DNA from: Guillardia theta CCMP2712
Taxonomy: Eukaryota; Protista; Cryptophyta
Length of the DNA stretch: 64,000 nt
Assembly: GCF_000315625.1 (NCBI RefSeq)
Contig: NW_005434557.1
Location: 50,938-114,937 of the forward strand
Direction: 5' to 3'
Below, in pieces: positions 1 to 13,931 of the stretch. The notes beneath the pieces were generated by a model. It searched no databases, was not told where the DNA came from, and saw nothing but the letters and a program-made list of their open reading frames with translations. The position numbers and the translations under genes are program-made. Each line of letters begins with the position of its first letter. Within the stretch, counting starts at the first letter, position 1.

Positions 1-2555
1 ATTTGATCAGGGTGAAGATCTTAGTTGTTTTGCAGTTTTGTCTTTGAAATCTATTCCACAGACCTCATGCGTCAGGATTCAGCACAGTGTGGGAGACAGG
101 TTCTACAAGGATCTTCATCTTACGAGATGTAAGTAATCAAGCAATAGATCAAAATATTCACTTTACATGAGTTCCTGTAAAACTGTTGTTTCAGGGTGAT
201 GGAATTGTGTGCAAGCCAAAAGAACTACATGGAAGTTTTCAAACTTTTTCAAGCAATTCTTGAAACAGGAGTTGTTCCATCGCAAAAGATATTTGAAATT
301 GTACAGTTCATCTGCTTGAATGGAAACTGTACCAGATTCTTGACGTCCATGATACTGGAAATGAAAAGAATAGTTGATGTTTGCATTGAGGCTCGTCAAG
401 CGAGTGATGGAATACGGATCCCAATCGAAATTCCTCTTGATACATTTATTGGAGCAGTGAACAATCACTTATATGAAGAAGGTATATTGCTATGAAGAAG
501 GTATGTCGAAATGATAAGAATACAGGTCTTCAATTGTTCATGAAACTATTGAGGAGCAAGGGGTCCATATATTCTTTGGAAGCTAGTAATTATTCACGAC
601 GGAAACTTTCCTTTAAGGTTTTATTCTTCTTCTAATCTTTTGTAATGTCAATGTCAGGCATATTTCTACTGTTGTGCTATGATTTGCAATTCACCGCTGC
701 CATATCCTGATTTGTTATACTGTGGTGCCGACGAAATTGCTTTTGATACATCGGATGTGTGGTCATCCGCTATTGTTGCTTATTCAAATGCATTGGAGAT
801 TTCACATGCCCTTGAAGTGGTCAGAATAATGGGAGAGAAGGGCGTACAAATCGAGATTGAAGCAGAATTACGGGTAATTAGTGCGGCTTCCATGGATCCG
901 TTCACCGTGCATTTTGCTCTTCAAAGAATTGACCTAGGTTGCAAGTCTGGAAGGTACTAATTGTTTTCAAGGCTTCATGTTTGTAAGTATGCTATTCACA
1001 GATTCCTTGAGGAAGAGCTCATTTTGATACTGAAACTGATTCTTGAATGCAAAAAATGCATAGATATGAACCATTGGAAGCGAATTCTCAATGTCTGTCT
1101 TCAGAATGGCATGCAATTATCCCCTGAAGTTCAAGAATTGAGCTTAGCAGCGGCTCTGAAATGTAGGAATTTTACATTCTGCAGAGAGTCGATATCAGAT
1201 TTGGAAACGAGTGGCAGATCAGTTGATCCGCGGATAAGAGAGCTTGTCTCTCTTGAATTCAAAAAGAATGAGCAACCCGGGGATTTTGTACATGTTGATC
1301 TTGACGATGTTTATGATGGCAAAGCAAAGACAGACGCCGACCACTTGATTTCTCTGATTGGAAGGAGCATTAAAAATGGAAGGTATCAAATGCTTTGTTA
1401 CGCATTGAATGCATTGTGAATGACATGATTCGTAGGCTTGAACATTCATGTGAATTATGGATGGATTTGAAGAAACACTTCGGAAATGAACTTGCTATGA
1501 ATATAAGTGAACCCTTAGTTTTGCACCTATGCGGAGCTGGAAAAATTTCTATGGCAATGGACTTCATCGAGGAACACAACATTTCTATCACGTTTGAAAG
1601 TTTCAAGGCTGCTGTGAATGCAATTGTCTGCAACCTGATGAAGGAGTGCAGTGTTCGACCATGTGAAATGGATCATGCTGAGCAGATTGAGAAGCGAATT
1701 GCTTGTGAAAACATTCGAATCTTGATTGATTGTGTTGTATCCACTCAAGGTTTGCATTATCAGGTCAAAAACCTTTTCCGATTGTCCTGTACAATTCATT
1801 CTGAAGTGTTTTGCAGATTTTCACCTTTGCGATCGAAGCATTTTCATGCATACCTTGTTCAGTCTCAGCCGCAGAAGAAATCATGCGATGTTACGAGGAG
1901 CTCAAAACAACGATTTATGAACCTTCCATCAAAATATATGAAATCGTCGTTGAAAGTGCTGCTTGTGTACTGAGGGTTTGTATTTCCCATCGATTTGCGC
2001 GCTGAATAATAACAAACATAATCAGGACGTGGAAACAACTGTACGTGTCCTTAACGAGGCAAGTCAAAACGGAATGGATCAGAGTGTGAAGATGAAGCGT
2101 GCCCTATGTTGTGTCTATGCATACAATGGAGAAATAGAACAAGCGACATGCATATTGGAGAGCATTGACCGAAGGGATGTCATGACAGTAGATTCTTGTA
2201 TAGAGGCATTGTGCAGTGCCCATATCAAGGCTGGGGATCCAGTGAGTGCGCAACAGCTCGTGAAAGATATGGCTCATTCTTCGGAGGAAATAATTCAGCG
2301 GATTATCGAGGGATTTTGTCGGAACAGAGACGTGAAGAATGCACTTTTGTGCTTTGTTGAATCTGTCAATCCAAAAGCGTTGAAGCAACTGGACGAGATC
2401 ATTCTCAGAATGGAGTGAGTTGCAGGTGACAGCTTCATTCTCTTACAGGTCTCTTACATACTGCAAGATAAAATCAGGGCATTTTCCACCAGCATTAGAG
2501 TCAGATTGTTCTCACCAAGGCATTGGGGATATTTCTTGGCCTCAAAAAAGATGAA
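1..2555 (+). CDS. Pentatricopeptide-repeat (PPR)-like protein, multi-exon, 5' end outside window
   Basis: Successive + ORFs (196-495, 679-960, 961-1419, 1395-1973, 1963-2418) are separated by short GT-AG introns. PPR-like helices: VWSSAIVAYSNALEISHALEVVRIMGEKGVQIE, IEALCSAHIKAGDPVSAQQLVKDM, IQRIIEGFCRNRDVKNALLCF. Last intron ~2415-2448; stop ~2555. Confidence 0.6.
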
Positions 2556-2569
2556 TTGAGCATACCTCT

Positions 2570-3989
2570 TCACGTTGTCGTGCCCAACATCCATCTCAAC
2601 CATCTCCTACACATCCATGGACTCACGAAGCGCCGTGATCGAAAATCTTGTTCTTACCCGGTTACAGACACACCAGCCCTCAGGAGGATTGAGTTGCAAG
2701 CTGAAGTTGATTCCCTTTTGATTGACTCGCATCCCCTTGGATACAGCCTTGGCTTTCAGCTCCTCAGCCGTCAGATGCTGCGCCTCCTCTTCCATGGCCT
2801 GCGCTGGAGTTGTTTGCGCTTCGTCCGCGGGTTTCTGCTTGGCCTTGACGATGCGGCTGGAAGCCAAAGTTGAGACGCCGAGCCCGTACCGGAAAACTTC
2901 GCCGGGCCCCACGTCATGCCTGGGGGCGCATCTGCTCTTGCCGTCAACGAGATGGAGAGAAGAAGCGACACGGTTGGGTACCGATCTGTTGCTACCACAG
3001 TGATGTTGTTCTCGTTCTCCTGCACCTGCACACCTTTGTGACGAGAACGTCCTCCTCCTGCTCGCCGCACCTTCATCCAGTGAACGTTGTCCCTGCCCGT
3101 CACCGAGCTGACTGGGACGATGTTCGATCGGAAGGCAACCGACTCCACGTGCAGTTTGATCAAGACGACATGGAACGAGCCTTCGAAGGTCTTCACAAAC
3201 TTGAGCTCGAAGGTCAATTCGCGATCGCCTGCACAGCAAACTCCCTCATCCTCTGTTCGCAGCACCCAGCAGATCATACGCAGCTTGTCGTTGAGCACGT
3301 GACAGTAGGCCCCGATCCTCTTGAGGTCGAAGGCAACCTGCTGGAGCTGAGCGTGCGAAAGGGGAAAGGAGGGGGATGGGAGGGGGAAGGGAGGGGGAAG
3401 GGACTTTCTTACCATCATCCTCATATACATCAAGTAGATCACGGAGAGCACGAGCCCGAACCCTGTCAGAGCTCCAAAGATTGCTCCTGCAAGCTCATTC
3501 ACCTCCCGCAGCCGAGCTCGAGGAACCGCAGGTCGTCTCCTTCACCTGGTGGTATCGACGCGTTCTTCCTCAGAGCTCCTTCTAAGATCTGAAAGTCCAT
3601 TAGCTCCTCGTCCCCCATTCTCTCCCTGCTGTCACCGCCCCGATCACTCCGAGCATCACGGCCGGCAGCCAGACGAGCTTGGGGAGGATGCCATAGACGA
3701 AGCCGCAGTTGAGAGCGGTGATGATCTCCTTCCACTCCTCCCTGCTCATCCTCTCCTGTAGGATCACAGGGAACTTCTCGTCGAACCCCCACGTCCTGAG
3801 GAGGCTGCTGCAGCCATACCTGCTCCAGCGGTACTTGAGGAGGTACTCCCCCGAGCCCACCAGCCCCATCCTCTCCCACCTCTCACCCTCAGCCAGCTTC
3901 AGCTCCCGCGATGGCTCTACGACCACCTTGACTTGTTCCGTCCCTGCTTCTCCGTTCGCTTGCCCGTCTCTGTGTTTGTACCGCACCAT
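2570..3989 (-). CDS. Erf4/GOLGA7/CHIC-family membrane protein (palmitoyltransferase accessory-like), multi-exon
   Basis: Spliced sequence FDEKFPVILQERMSREEWKEIITALNCGF, two hydrophobic segments (KLVWLPAVMLGVIGA; GAIFGALTGFGLVLSVIYLMY), then VAFDLKRIGAYCHVLNDKL..RELTFELK. This fits the Erf4 pattern F..FP..L..R...EE....I..IN / ..LN....RGL. Introns at ~3589-3634 and ~3489-3545 keep the frame. Both ends are approximate. Confidence 0.55.
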
Positions 3990-4419
3990 CCTCAACTCTC
4001 CCCTCCTCTCTCCTCCTTCACGCTCAACGGACCTGCTCCTCTTCTCCCTCGCTCCTCTGCCCCCTCCTCTAGCTTGCGCCATCTGGGCTCTTCCTCGGAG
4101 GAGCCATTTACCAAACCGTTGCTGTCAAGCTTGACAAGCTTGACAAACATGAAAAACTTGACAGACAGAGAGGGAGGGAGGGAGGGAGGGAGGGAGGGAG
4201 GGGAGGTTGCAATCTGAAAGAGGGAGGATGAGGAAAGTTGAGAAACGTAAGAGAAGATAGGAGAGCAGAGCAGGTGTGTAGGTGTATGAGACAGCAGGAG
4301 GGCAATCGAGTTGAGATGAGAGGGGATACATACCAATCCTCTTGCTCCTCCCCCATCCTCTCCCACTCGTTTCTTCCTTGTCCTCCCACCTCTCCACTCC
4401 CTCTCCCTCCTCTAGCGGT

Positions 4420-7400
4420 CAGCTGAAGGTGACCAGCAGGATTGTTGACCATGCCTCCCTGGTCGGTGGAAGACGAAAGAGCGCAGGACATGCTCGTGCT
4501 CAGCAACATCGCGATGGAGCTGGAAGCCTCTGCTCCTCAGCGACACAATGCATCTCAGATCCTCCTGGTAGCTTCTCCCTCCTCTCCCTCCTCTCCCTCC
4601 TCTCCCTCCTTCCTCCTCTCCCTCCTCTCCCTCCTCTCCTTCCTGTACCTCCTGTACCTCCTGTACCTCCTGTACCTCCTGTACCTCCTGTACCTTCCCT
4701 ACCTCCCCTACCTCCTCTACCTCCTCTCTCCTCTCTACCCCCTCTCCCTCCTCGTCGCATTGTTTCCACGTCATCGCTGCTTTCCAAACCATTCTCCTCT
4801 CTTCCTTTCTTGCCTTGTCTCGTCCTCGTCCTTGTGCCCTTCCTGTTTCTTCCTTGTTTTCCTGCCTCTCTCGTCCCTCCCTTCCTCTTCCTCTTCCTCC
4901 TTGTCCGCGGCATGACGAACCTCTCTTCGCAGAAACTGCTGGAGGATGGCAAGGGAGAGGCCATCGGAGCATCGTCCTCCCTCGCTCATGCGCTCAATCA
5001 GATGCTTTGCGACAAGTCCGGCATGAAGGCGCACAAGGTCTCCTCGGAGCTAGCGCTCAGGCTCCTCATCAAGATCTTCGTGTGGAGCAAGGCCAAGATC
5101 TGCGAGGAGGAGCTTCTGGTAGCGCGATGCCGCCGCTGCTGCTTCCTTGACCCTCGTGCAGGTCAACACGCTAGAGGACAAGGTCGAACAGTTCCGACAC
5201 TCCAACGCTGCGACTCATGCCGGCATGGCATGCCTCGCACACTCCCTCCTCCTCGCCTGCAACAAGCTCTCTCTCGGAACCGCAGCATCCTACAGGCAAG
5301 ACCTCCTGCTGTCTTGTCCTGCTGTCTTGTCCTGCTGTCTTGTCCTGCTGTCTTGTCCTGCTGTCTTGTCCTGCTGTCTTGTCCTGCTGTCTTGTCCTGC
5401 TGTCTTGTCCTGCTGTCTTGTCCTGCTGTCTTGTCCTGCTGTCTTGTCCTGCTGTCTTGTCCTGCTGTCTTGTCCTGCTGTCTTGTCCTGCTGTCTTGTC
5501 CTGCTGTCTTGTCCTGCTGTCTTGTCCTGCTTCCCAGTCCCTTCCGCTCATCTCCACACACACACACTCCTCCCTCCTTCCTCCTTCCTCCTTGCTCCTT
5601 CCTCCTTCCTCCTTCCTCCTTGCTCCTCCCTCCTCCCTCCTCCTTTCTTTCTCAGCACTTCCTCGCCATAACGCCTCCTCTGCCTGCAGCTACTGGCAAA
5701 TCTCGACCGTCCTCGACCTTCTCTCCAACGCGATCTTCTTGCGCGAAGACTCCAAGAGCCTCGGGGTCGCCGTGTGTGAAGTTCTCAGCGGCCTATTCGT
5801 CATGGCGCACAACCCAGACAACAGAGCATGCATCATGGAAGGAAAGGAGATCTTTGAGGTAGGACACCTTCCTCCTCCTCCTCTCCTCCTCTGCTCCTCC
5901 TCCTCTCCTCCTCTGCTCCTCCTCCTCTGCTCCTCTGCTCCTCTGCTCCTCCTCTGCCCCTCCTCTGCTCCTCCTTTTCTGATTTTCCTCCTTTTCTTCT
6001 CCCTTCTCCTCTGATCCCTTTGCCCTACAGCGTATCATCCATGGTTGGAAGCAATTTGTAGTTCCCTTGTGGATGCCGACTGCTGTCAGTCTTGAGGTCA
6101 GGAAACTCTCCTTGTCCTTGTCCTTGTCCTTGTCCTTGTCCTCGTCCTTGTCCTCGTCCTCGTCCTCGTCCTGGGCTCCTCCTATCTTGCTCCTTCTCTT
6201 GTCCTCTGACAAGCTATCAGGGACAGGAGATCTTCTGTAATTCAGATCTGGACATAACGGTAAGGAAGAGGGAGGGAGGGAGGGAGGGAGAGAGGATGAG
6301 AGTCCTGCCTCAGATCTGCCTGCTGTACATNNNNNNNNNNNNNNNNNNNNNNNNNNNNNNNNNNNNNNNNNNNNNNNNNNNNNNNNNNNNNNNNNNNNNN
6401 NNNNNNNNNNNNNNNNNNNNNNNNNNNNNNATCTTCCCGTCTCCTCATGCAACCACGTGTCCTCTGCTCTGACACGCTCGCAGAGACATTGTGGAGAATG
6501 CTTCCTCTGCCACTGCTCGTCGTTTCGGAGGGAAGGTGAAATGCAGGAGGAGGACGACGGAGGAGGGGGGGGGAAGGAAGAGGAGGGAGGGTAGAAGGAG
6601 GGTTGGGGCGGGGAGGGGAAGAGGAAGGTTGGACTTGTATGAACTTCATTTGCCAGCTGCTGTACCTCTTGTCATCTTTTGGTGACAGCAAGAAAGAGGC
6701 AATGAGCAAACTCGCAGCTACCAACAAAAATCAGCTGGTGATGATGGACAATGATGACAATGATGATGACAATGATGATGACAATGATGATGATGATGTT
6801 GTTGTTGATGATTATGACAATGATGATGGAGATGGAGATGGAGATGGAGATGGAGATGATGATCATTAATTGGGGAGGAGGAGGAGACTTATCAGATCAC
6901 GGCAGGCATTTGCTGGGTATCCTCTCCGATCGACAGCTTCGGACAAGTTGGGAGTCAACTGGCAGGGCGAGCGATCGTCGAGCTGGCAGGAAGAGAATGC
7001 AAGGATGATGGCAGGAGGAGGAGAAACTGAGGAACTGGAGGAGGTGAGGAGGGTCTGTCGTGGAGGAAGTGATAACGGTCGGCGGCAGGAGAGGAGGAGC
7101 AGGACCAAGAGGGGGAGGAGACAAGGGATACAGAGACGTGGGTGAGGAGAGAGGAGAGTCTTCCTCGAACGTTTGCCAAGATCGTGAGGAGGATGGGGAG
7201 GGAGTTGGGGATGGAGGAAGGAAAGTTTGTGATGGACATCTCGGAGGAAGCTCTGAAGCAGCTGGAGCATGAGCTACATCAGCATGTGACAGATGCGAAG
7301 AGAGTGAAGGAGAACTACGAAAGGATGCTGGAAATCTCGCAGAACAGGTGACACGTCGAAGATACATGAGGGGATGTTGTGGTTGGACGAGTGATTGCTG

Positions 7401-7545
7401 GAGGAGGTTGTGTTTTGTTCGTGATCAGGTTGTTCGTTGTCATGTTGTTGGTCCAGTTCATGGAGCTGATGATGATGGACAATGTTGACAATGACAATGA
7501 CAATGATGATGGAGTTGATGACAATGATGACAATAATGATGATAT

Positions 7546-7589
<44 letters not shown>

Positions 7590-8452
7590 ATGATGATGGA
7601 AATAACAATGACAATGACAATGACAATGGCAATGACAAGATGATGCTGAAGATGATGATGACAATGATGATGATGATGGAGATGATGATGATGACGGTGA
7701 TAACTTTGCTCTTAAATGTCTCATTTGCTTTTTCACGCTCTCCCTGTTCGAACTAACTATGCACACCCCGCAGGTACCTCACTCTCAGAGCAAGGTTTAA
7801 GAGAAACTCGCACAACGTGGTAAGGAGGATACATGCCTCGCAGCAAGCAGCCTCCTTCGACCTCTTCCTCCTCAGCGTCAGGAAGTCGAAGTTAGAGCGT
7901 CAGCGGCTGAAACGAGCGATACAAACATGGCGACACGTCGGCATGTCCGGGGTCGAGAGCTGCTTCGACGACTGGAAGAACGCAGTGAGGATGGAGCGAG
8001 TGCTGAGAGAGAGCGAAGAGCACAGGAGCGGAAGGCTGACAGCTGAAGAGTCTCTTGCTCGCCACCAGACCTCCGTGTCCAACATGCTCGCCAAGATCGA
8101 CAACCTCGAGCACGAGCTCCGCCTGTCCCGCGCGAAGACGGAAGAGCTGGAGGAGGTGCTAAGGGAGCGAGAGGAGGAGGGGGAGGAGAATTGTGCGATG
8201 TGCGAGGAGAGGAGGATGGAGAACGAGTCTCTTCTCGATCAGTTGTCAGCGTTGCAGGAGGAAAGAGATGCGGCTGAGGAGAAGATGAGGGTGAAGGAAG
8301 AAACTTTCTGCACGTCAGCGAGAAGTTGCGGTATGCTGAGCGGAGCATTGTTGAGCTCGAGGAGAGGGTGAGAGAGCTGGAGGAGGAGACGTGCAGGATG
8401 GAAGATGCAGAGGGGGATGCAGATGAAGACACCCTTGTTGACAGAAACGAGG

Positions 8453-8500
<48 letters not shown>

Positions 8501-9027
8501 CAATGATGATGATGATGATGAGGATGGCGATGGCGATGGAGATGGAGATGATGATGATGGCGATGGAGATGGAGATGATGGAGATGGAGATGGAGATGAT
8601 GAGATGGAGATGATGGAGATGATGGAGATGATGATGATGATGATGATGATGATGAATGATGATGATGACAATAATGATGATGATGACGATGACAATTTTG
8701 ATGAATATGACATTGACAATCATGCATCTGATGATGATGATGATGACGACGACGGAGATGGCGATGGGAGTAACATGTTTGCATCGACAGCATTCCATCT
8801 CTCCCTTCCCCTGGAGGAAGAGGATCGAGATCGAGCCGATAGGAGGAGGAGCAGGAGATTCGGATTCAGTTTTCTCAATGAGGAGCAGCAGCGCCATCGC
8901 ACCGAGCGAGGTAACGTGACTTGTCGCTTCTCCTCCTGACGGCGATGAAGGTGGCAGGAATCTCACACAAGCTCTTGGTAGACAACAACATCATCTCCAT
9001 CCTCGTCGCAGAGATCGTCCAAGTGAG

Positions 9028-9064
<37 letters not shown>

Positions 9065-12000
9065 TGCTTTCCTTGCTCCTCAGTCATCTGCTCTCATTTT
9101 GCTTCTCCTGCTTCTCCTCCTCTCATCTTGCTGCTGCTGCTGCTGCTCCTCCTCCTCCTCCTCCTAGTGCTGCTGCTCTTGCTATGAAGCTTCTCCCGCC
9201 TTCCCTTGATCTCTACAGCCCAATTGCTTTCTTACCCGAGCAACAGATCAAGGTGGTGACGGACCACCCCTCTTCTCCAGCCTCTTCTCCTCCCTCCACC
9301 ACTAGCCCGTGAACGATCGGGAGTGTTTTACAATTTTCTCGGGGGACTCCCTTGNNNNNNNNNNNNNNNNNNNNNNNNNNNNNNNNNNNNNNNNNNNNNN
9401 NNNNNNNNNNNNNNNNNNNNNNNNNNNNNNNNNNNNNNNNNNNNNNNNNNNNNNNNNNNNNNNNNNNNNNNNNNNNNNNNNNNNNNNNNNNNNNNNNNNN
9501 NNNNNNNNNNNNNNNNNNNNNNNNNNNNNNNNNNNNNNNNNNNNNNNNNNNNNNNNNNNCCTCTCCTCTCCTCTCCTCTCCTCTCCTCTCCTCTCCTCTC
9601 CTCTCCTCTCCTCTCCTCTCCTCTCCTCTCCTCTTTTCTCCTCTCCTCTCCTCTCACTGGACTTGTCAGCTTCTATCGATCACGTCCTGTGGACTAACAA
9701 GTTCGAGTCGTTTTGGAAGGAAATCTTTAGACAAATTCAGGTTCACCTGCTCCTGCTCTTGCTCCTGCTCTTGCTCCTGCTGTTGCTGTTGCTGGTTCAC
9801 CTCCTCTACCTTCACTTTCTCCTCTTCCTCTTCCTCCTCCTCCTTTCAGCTCCCAACTTGTCTGTTCCGCACCTACACTTGTCATCATCATCTAAGTCGT
9901 TTCCATTCATCTTCATTCTTTTTGCTCCTTCTCAACATTCTCTCAGGTCATGAAGAAGAAAATCTCAAACCTGTCCAAGGAGATCGAAAGAAGCGCTCCC
10001 TCCCGGTCTCCTGCTCCCCTCCCTTGCTCTTCCTTCTCCGTATCATATCCCTTGCTGGTGGTGGTGGTGGTGGTGGTGGTGGTGTTGCTGGTGCTGTCAA
10101 GTATCTTCTGCACTTCTTTTTCTTGTATTTTTGCTCTTTCTTCTCTACTCTTCAACTTGTAATCTCATGATTTACAAGCAGACAAGTGTACTTCATTCCT
10201 GAAAGTCCTCAAACCTCAGAGGTCCTCCTTCTCCCTCCATCTTCTCCTTCCTCTCGTTTCACTTCTCCTTTCCCCGATTTCTTTCCTTTCTTCTCCTTTC
10301 TTCTCCTTTCTTCTTCCCCCCCTCCTCCCTCCTCCCTTCCTTCACCGCTCCTCTCCTCCTCTCCTCACCGTCTCCTCCTCACCCTCCTCCAGATGGTCAA
10401 CCTCATTCTCCAGCTGGTCCAAGACGCAAAGAAGATCCTCTCGCGAGAGGCTCGTTCCCTCCTCCAGTACTACAACCGAGCAGAGAAGCTTGATCCTTCT
10501 GCTCCTCCCACTTCTACAGGTACCTCCATCCCCTGCCTCCTTCCCCCTCCCCTACTCCATCCTTCTTCTCCCTACCTCCCACTCTCTCCTCTGCTCCTTC
10601 TTCTCCCTACCTCCCACTCTACTCTGCTCCTTCTTCTCCCTACCTCCCTCCCTGTTTCTGACTTCTCTCCTCCTCTTTTCCATTTCTCCTCACCGCTCTG
10701 CTCTGATCTGCTCGCCTCCTCCTCCCCCTCCTCTGCTTCTTACGCTGCTCAAGTCTCGCTGAGACCTGCGCCGCCTCCTCCTCAAGCTTCGCATCTCATC
10801 GAGCTCGTCGAGCTCGAGCTCGAGCCCAACTGGGAGAGCTGTGCAGACAAGAACGTCTCCTGCTCCATCCTTGCCGCTGACGTCGCCGCTTGTCTCGGCA
10901 TCCCTCGCCAAACGGTTCTCTTCTACCCTGCAGCTGCAGCTGCTGCAGCTGCAGCTGCAGCTGCTGCTCTTCTTGTTCTCATGCCTCTCTTCCTGTTTCC
11001 GCCTGCTCTATCGCTCTTCCTCTCCATGTGCCGAACGCTGAGCTTGAGGAGCAGGTTCACGCAGGAGGCGTTGACAGCAGGACGAATAGATGTCTCCTCG
11101 TCCTCACCTCCTTCCTGGTGCCTTTGATCTGCCGTCCTCCCCTCCACCTTCCCGTCTTGTTCTTGCCATGCTCTAGCCAGACTGCCTGACAGGAGATTTT
11201 CATCAGGACATGACGGCTGCACAAATCTTTTCTCTTATGGCGACCATGGTCTTTCCTGCATTACTTCCTCCTCCCTCATCCTCGCTCTCCTCGCTCCTCT
11301 TCTCTCTCTCTTTCTCAGACAGAGCGAACGTCTGACCTTGCAGCAGGTGGCGGACGAGAAGAGCTCTCTCCGAACGCAGACTTGCGTCCGCGCTGTCTCC
11401 CGCGTCACCTCCCTACTCAAAGACGTCAAGTCACTTGCTCCTAATCGCGCTCGGCTCGTCTCCTCCCTAGCCAGCATGAAGGCTCTACATGCATCCGCTC
11501 CTGTCTCAGGTGATCTCCTAAGTTGCCTGCTTCTCCTTGCTATTACTCCTCCCTCCGCCCTCCTCCCTCCGCCCTCCGCCCTCCCTCCAGTCTGTACAGC
11601 ATTTTAGCTTTTGCTCTTCACCTCCTCTCCTCTCTCAGAGTTCCTCCCTCCATCCTCTTTCCTTCACCCTTCCCTTCCACTTTCTTCTTCCTCACACTTA
11701 CAACTTCATCTTGTCAGATAACTCAACTCAGCTCACGGATCTTTCCTTTCACATGCTTGAAGCAAGATGCGAAACTCTCAGTACAGTAAGTGCAACTGCT
11801 GCTGCTGCTCCTCCTCCTCCTCCTCCTCCTCCTTCTCTTTCTCCTTCTCCTTCTCCTCCTCGTCCCTCCAGCCCCTCCTCTCTCTCCACTACTCCCTCCC
11901 CTTCTCATGAGCACTTCCTCCGTCTCTCTCGTTCTTCTCGTTTCGTATTGTGCTGTTTACTTTGTCTCCTCTCTCCTCTCCGCCTTGCCTTCCTCCCTCA

Positions 12001-12833
12001 ACGCCCCCCCACCACCTTCCCCCCGTTCGTCCTCCCTCCCTTCCCCCCTCCCCCCCTGGTTGTCCTCCCCTCCCCCCCCCCCCCTCCCCCTCGCTCTCTT
12101 CTCACCATGGTGGCTCAGGTTCTGCACGAGCTCGTCAAGGTGCTTGTTCAAAAGATGCGCAAGGACGTGAGGAAGTCGACAGTCAGGTCAGAGGAAGCGA
12201 GCAAGAGGAAACTGGTGGAGATGGAGGAGGATGAAGACGATGATGTGGACGAGGACGAGGACGAGGTCGAGGTCGAGGTCGAGGAAGGGATGACAAGAAG
12301 AAGAGAGGCAAAGGGGAGGAGGAGGAGCATTTCTTCTCGTCTTTGTCCTTACCTCGTATCAGAATGTCAGGGTTGTCAAACAGCAGCTCGCTCCCAGCTG
12401 TAATCAGTCTCCTCCTGTCCCCCGGGGCCTGACAGCTTGACAGGCTTGCTACAGCCAGTCCAGCAGCGGCAGGTCTTCTCCTTCCAGTGGCCTCTTCTGG
12501 GAGAGCTTGCAGGTCCTCTCCCTCTCCCTCTCCCTCTCCCTCTCCCTCTCCCTCTCCCCTTCTCTCGCCTCTCCTCTCCTCTCTCTCTGCTCCTTCAAGG
12601 GTTTCTCGCCTCTCCTCTCGTCGTCTCTGATTTCACTCACCCACTTCTAGAACGTCGCCTTTGAGGAGAGGATAGCTGCTGTCCGAGACGCGTCAGTCCT
12701 CCCAGCCTTTCCCTCCGTCCTCACCCTCATTCCTCCTTGTTCCTCCTCCTCCTCCTCCACTACCAACACTTCCACCTCCTCAACTTTCACTCCTATTTCC
12801 GCTCTTTCCCGCCATCACCCTGCCTTCCAATAT

Positions 12834-12908
<75 letters not shown>

Positions 12909-13772
12909 TTCTTAACCCAGCCTCCTCCTCATATCGTCCTTTCCTCCTTGTCTAAGCTCCTCAGCAGTTTTCTCAACGAGGAGCATCTCCTCTATCACGT
13001 CGGCAACCCCTACGAGATTAGGAGCACATCATCCGTTCCAGGTCGAAGAGCACCTTGCAATCCCAACCTCTTGCTTCCTCTCCTCTGCTCTCCTCTCTGC
13101 TCGCTGCTCTCCTATCTCCTCTGCTCTCCTCTGCTCTCCGCCCCTTACCTCTCGCCTCTCCTAGAATGCATCATCTTGACAGTTACTAACCCGCCACGCT
13201 CTTCCCTCCTCTTGTTCTGTTGCTGCGTATCTTCTCCTCTCTCCCCACAGACAGTGAATTCTCCGCCGTAATCAACCACGAAGCTCTTGCGATGAGAGAG
13301 TGAGAGCATTGACAACTGTCTACTCCACCGCATTCCTCCTTTCTTCTCTTCTCTTCTCTTCTCTTCTCTTCTCCTCTCTCCTCTCCTCTCCTCTCCTCTC
13401 CTCTCCTCTCCTCTCCTCTTCTCTGCTCTTCTCTGCTCTTCTCTTCTCTTCTTGCTCTCCTACCACAGTTTTCTTGCTCCTCTCCTCTCCTCTCCTCTCC
13501 TCTCCTCTCCTCTCCTCTCCCTTCACGATCTCAGTCACAGGATGAACTTCGGCGGACGGCGGCAACATGTCGACGACGGCGTCATGTATGTTGGAGGTAC
13601 GTTTCCTCCTCTTCCACGCCCTTCACTGAAATCTTCGGCAGGAGCAGACGGGGTGAGCAGGAGCGACTCGAGCATTCTGTCGCTGACGATGTTACAGCAA
13701 GGAGCTGTGCGGGCAGACTTCATCCAATCAGCTCGCAAAACTCTTGACGTCGTTCCACAGCTGCAGTTGTAG
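4420..13772 (+). CDS. Large hypothetical multi-exon gene (or genes): helical/ARM-like N-part and long coiled coil; introns filled with SSRs
   Basis: Protein-like exons between SSR blocks: KLLEDGKGEAIG...KICEEELL (4933-5117), VLDLLSNAIFL...VCEVLSGLFVMAHNPDNRACIME (~5690-5858), coiled coil 7140-7347 and 7775-8451, MVNLILQLVQDAKKIL (~10393), QQVADEKSSL (~11340), VLHELVKVLVQKMRK (~12119). Exon connectivity is not fully resolved and two gaps fall inside. Confidence 0.45.
5306..5530. repeat. 13-bp tandem repeat (CCTGCTGTCTTGT)n, ~17 copies, intronic
   Basis: Direct reading; it produces the spurious SCPAVLSCCLVLL / QDSRTRQQDKTAG ORFs. Confidence 0.95.
6738..8762. repeat. Three (GAT/GAC/GGAGAT)n trinucleotide-type SSR blocks (~6738-6864, ~7467-7700, ~8452-8762), intronic
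   Basis: Direct reading; the first and third blocks start right at GT donors and the blocks lie between protein-like exons. Confidence 0.85.
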
Positions 13773-13931
13773 GCAAGGAGGACAGAGAAGAGAAGAGAAG
13801 AGAGGAGAGGAGAGGAGAAGGGAGGAGGAGGAGCGGGACTGGAGAAGGGAGACAGGAGATGCGCACGTTTAAATATTCTGCCACAAGGAAAGGAAGTATC
13901 ATAAGACTATATAAATACACAGATCGCCATC

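Noticed and set aside
7820-8000. Sfi1-like centrin-binding repeats (AIQTWR, CFDDWK)
   Set aside because: Only two weak units; not enough to assign.
8290-8330. Programmed frameshift in the coiled-coil exon (GAAGAAACTTTCTG, needs +1 A to read EENFLHVSEKLRYAE)
   Set aside because: A single-base loss in a short A run is more simply a homopolymer sequencing error; there is no supporting structure.
4100-13550. Many long polyS/polyL/polyD/polyM/GEERR ORFs
   Set aside because: They are translations of intronic microsatellites or run through N gaps.
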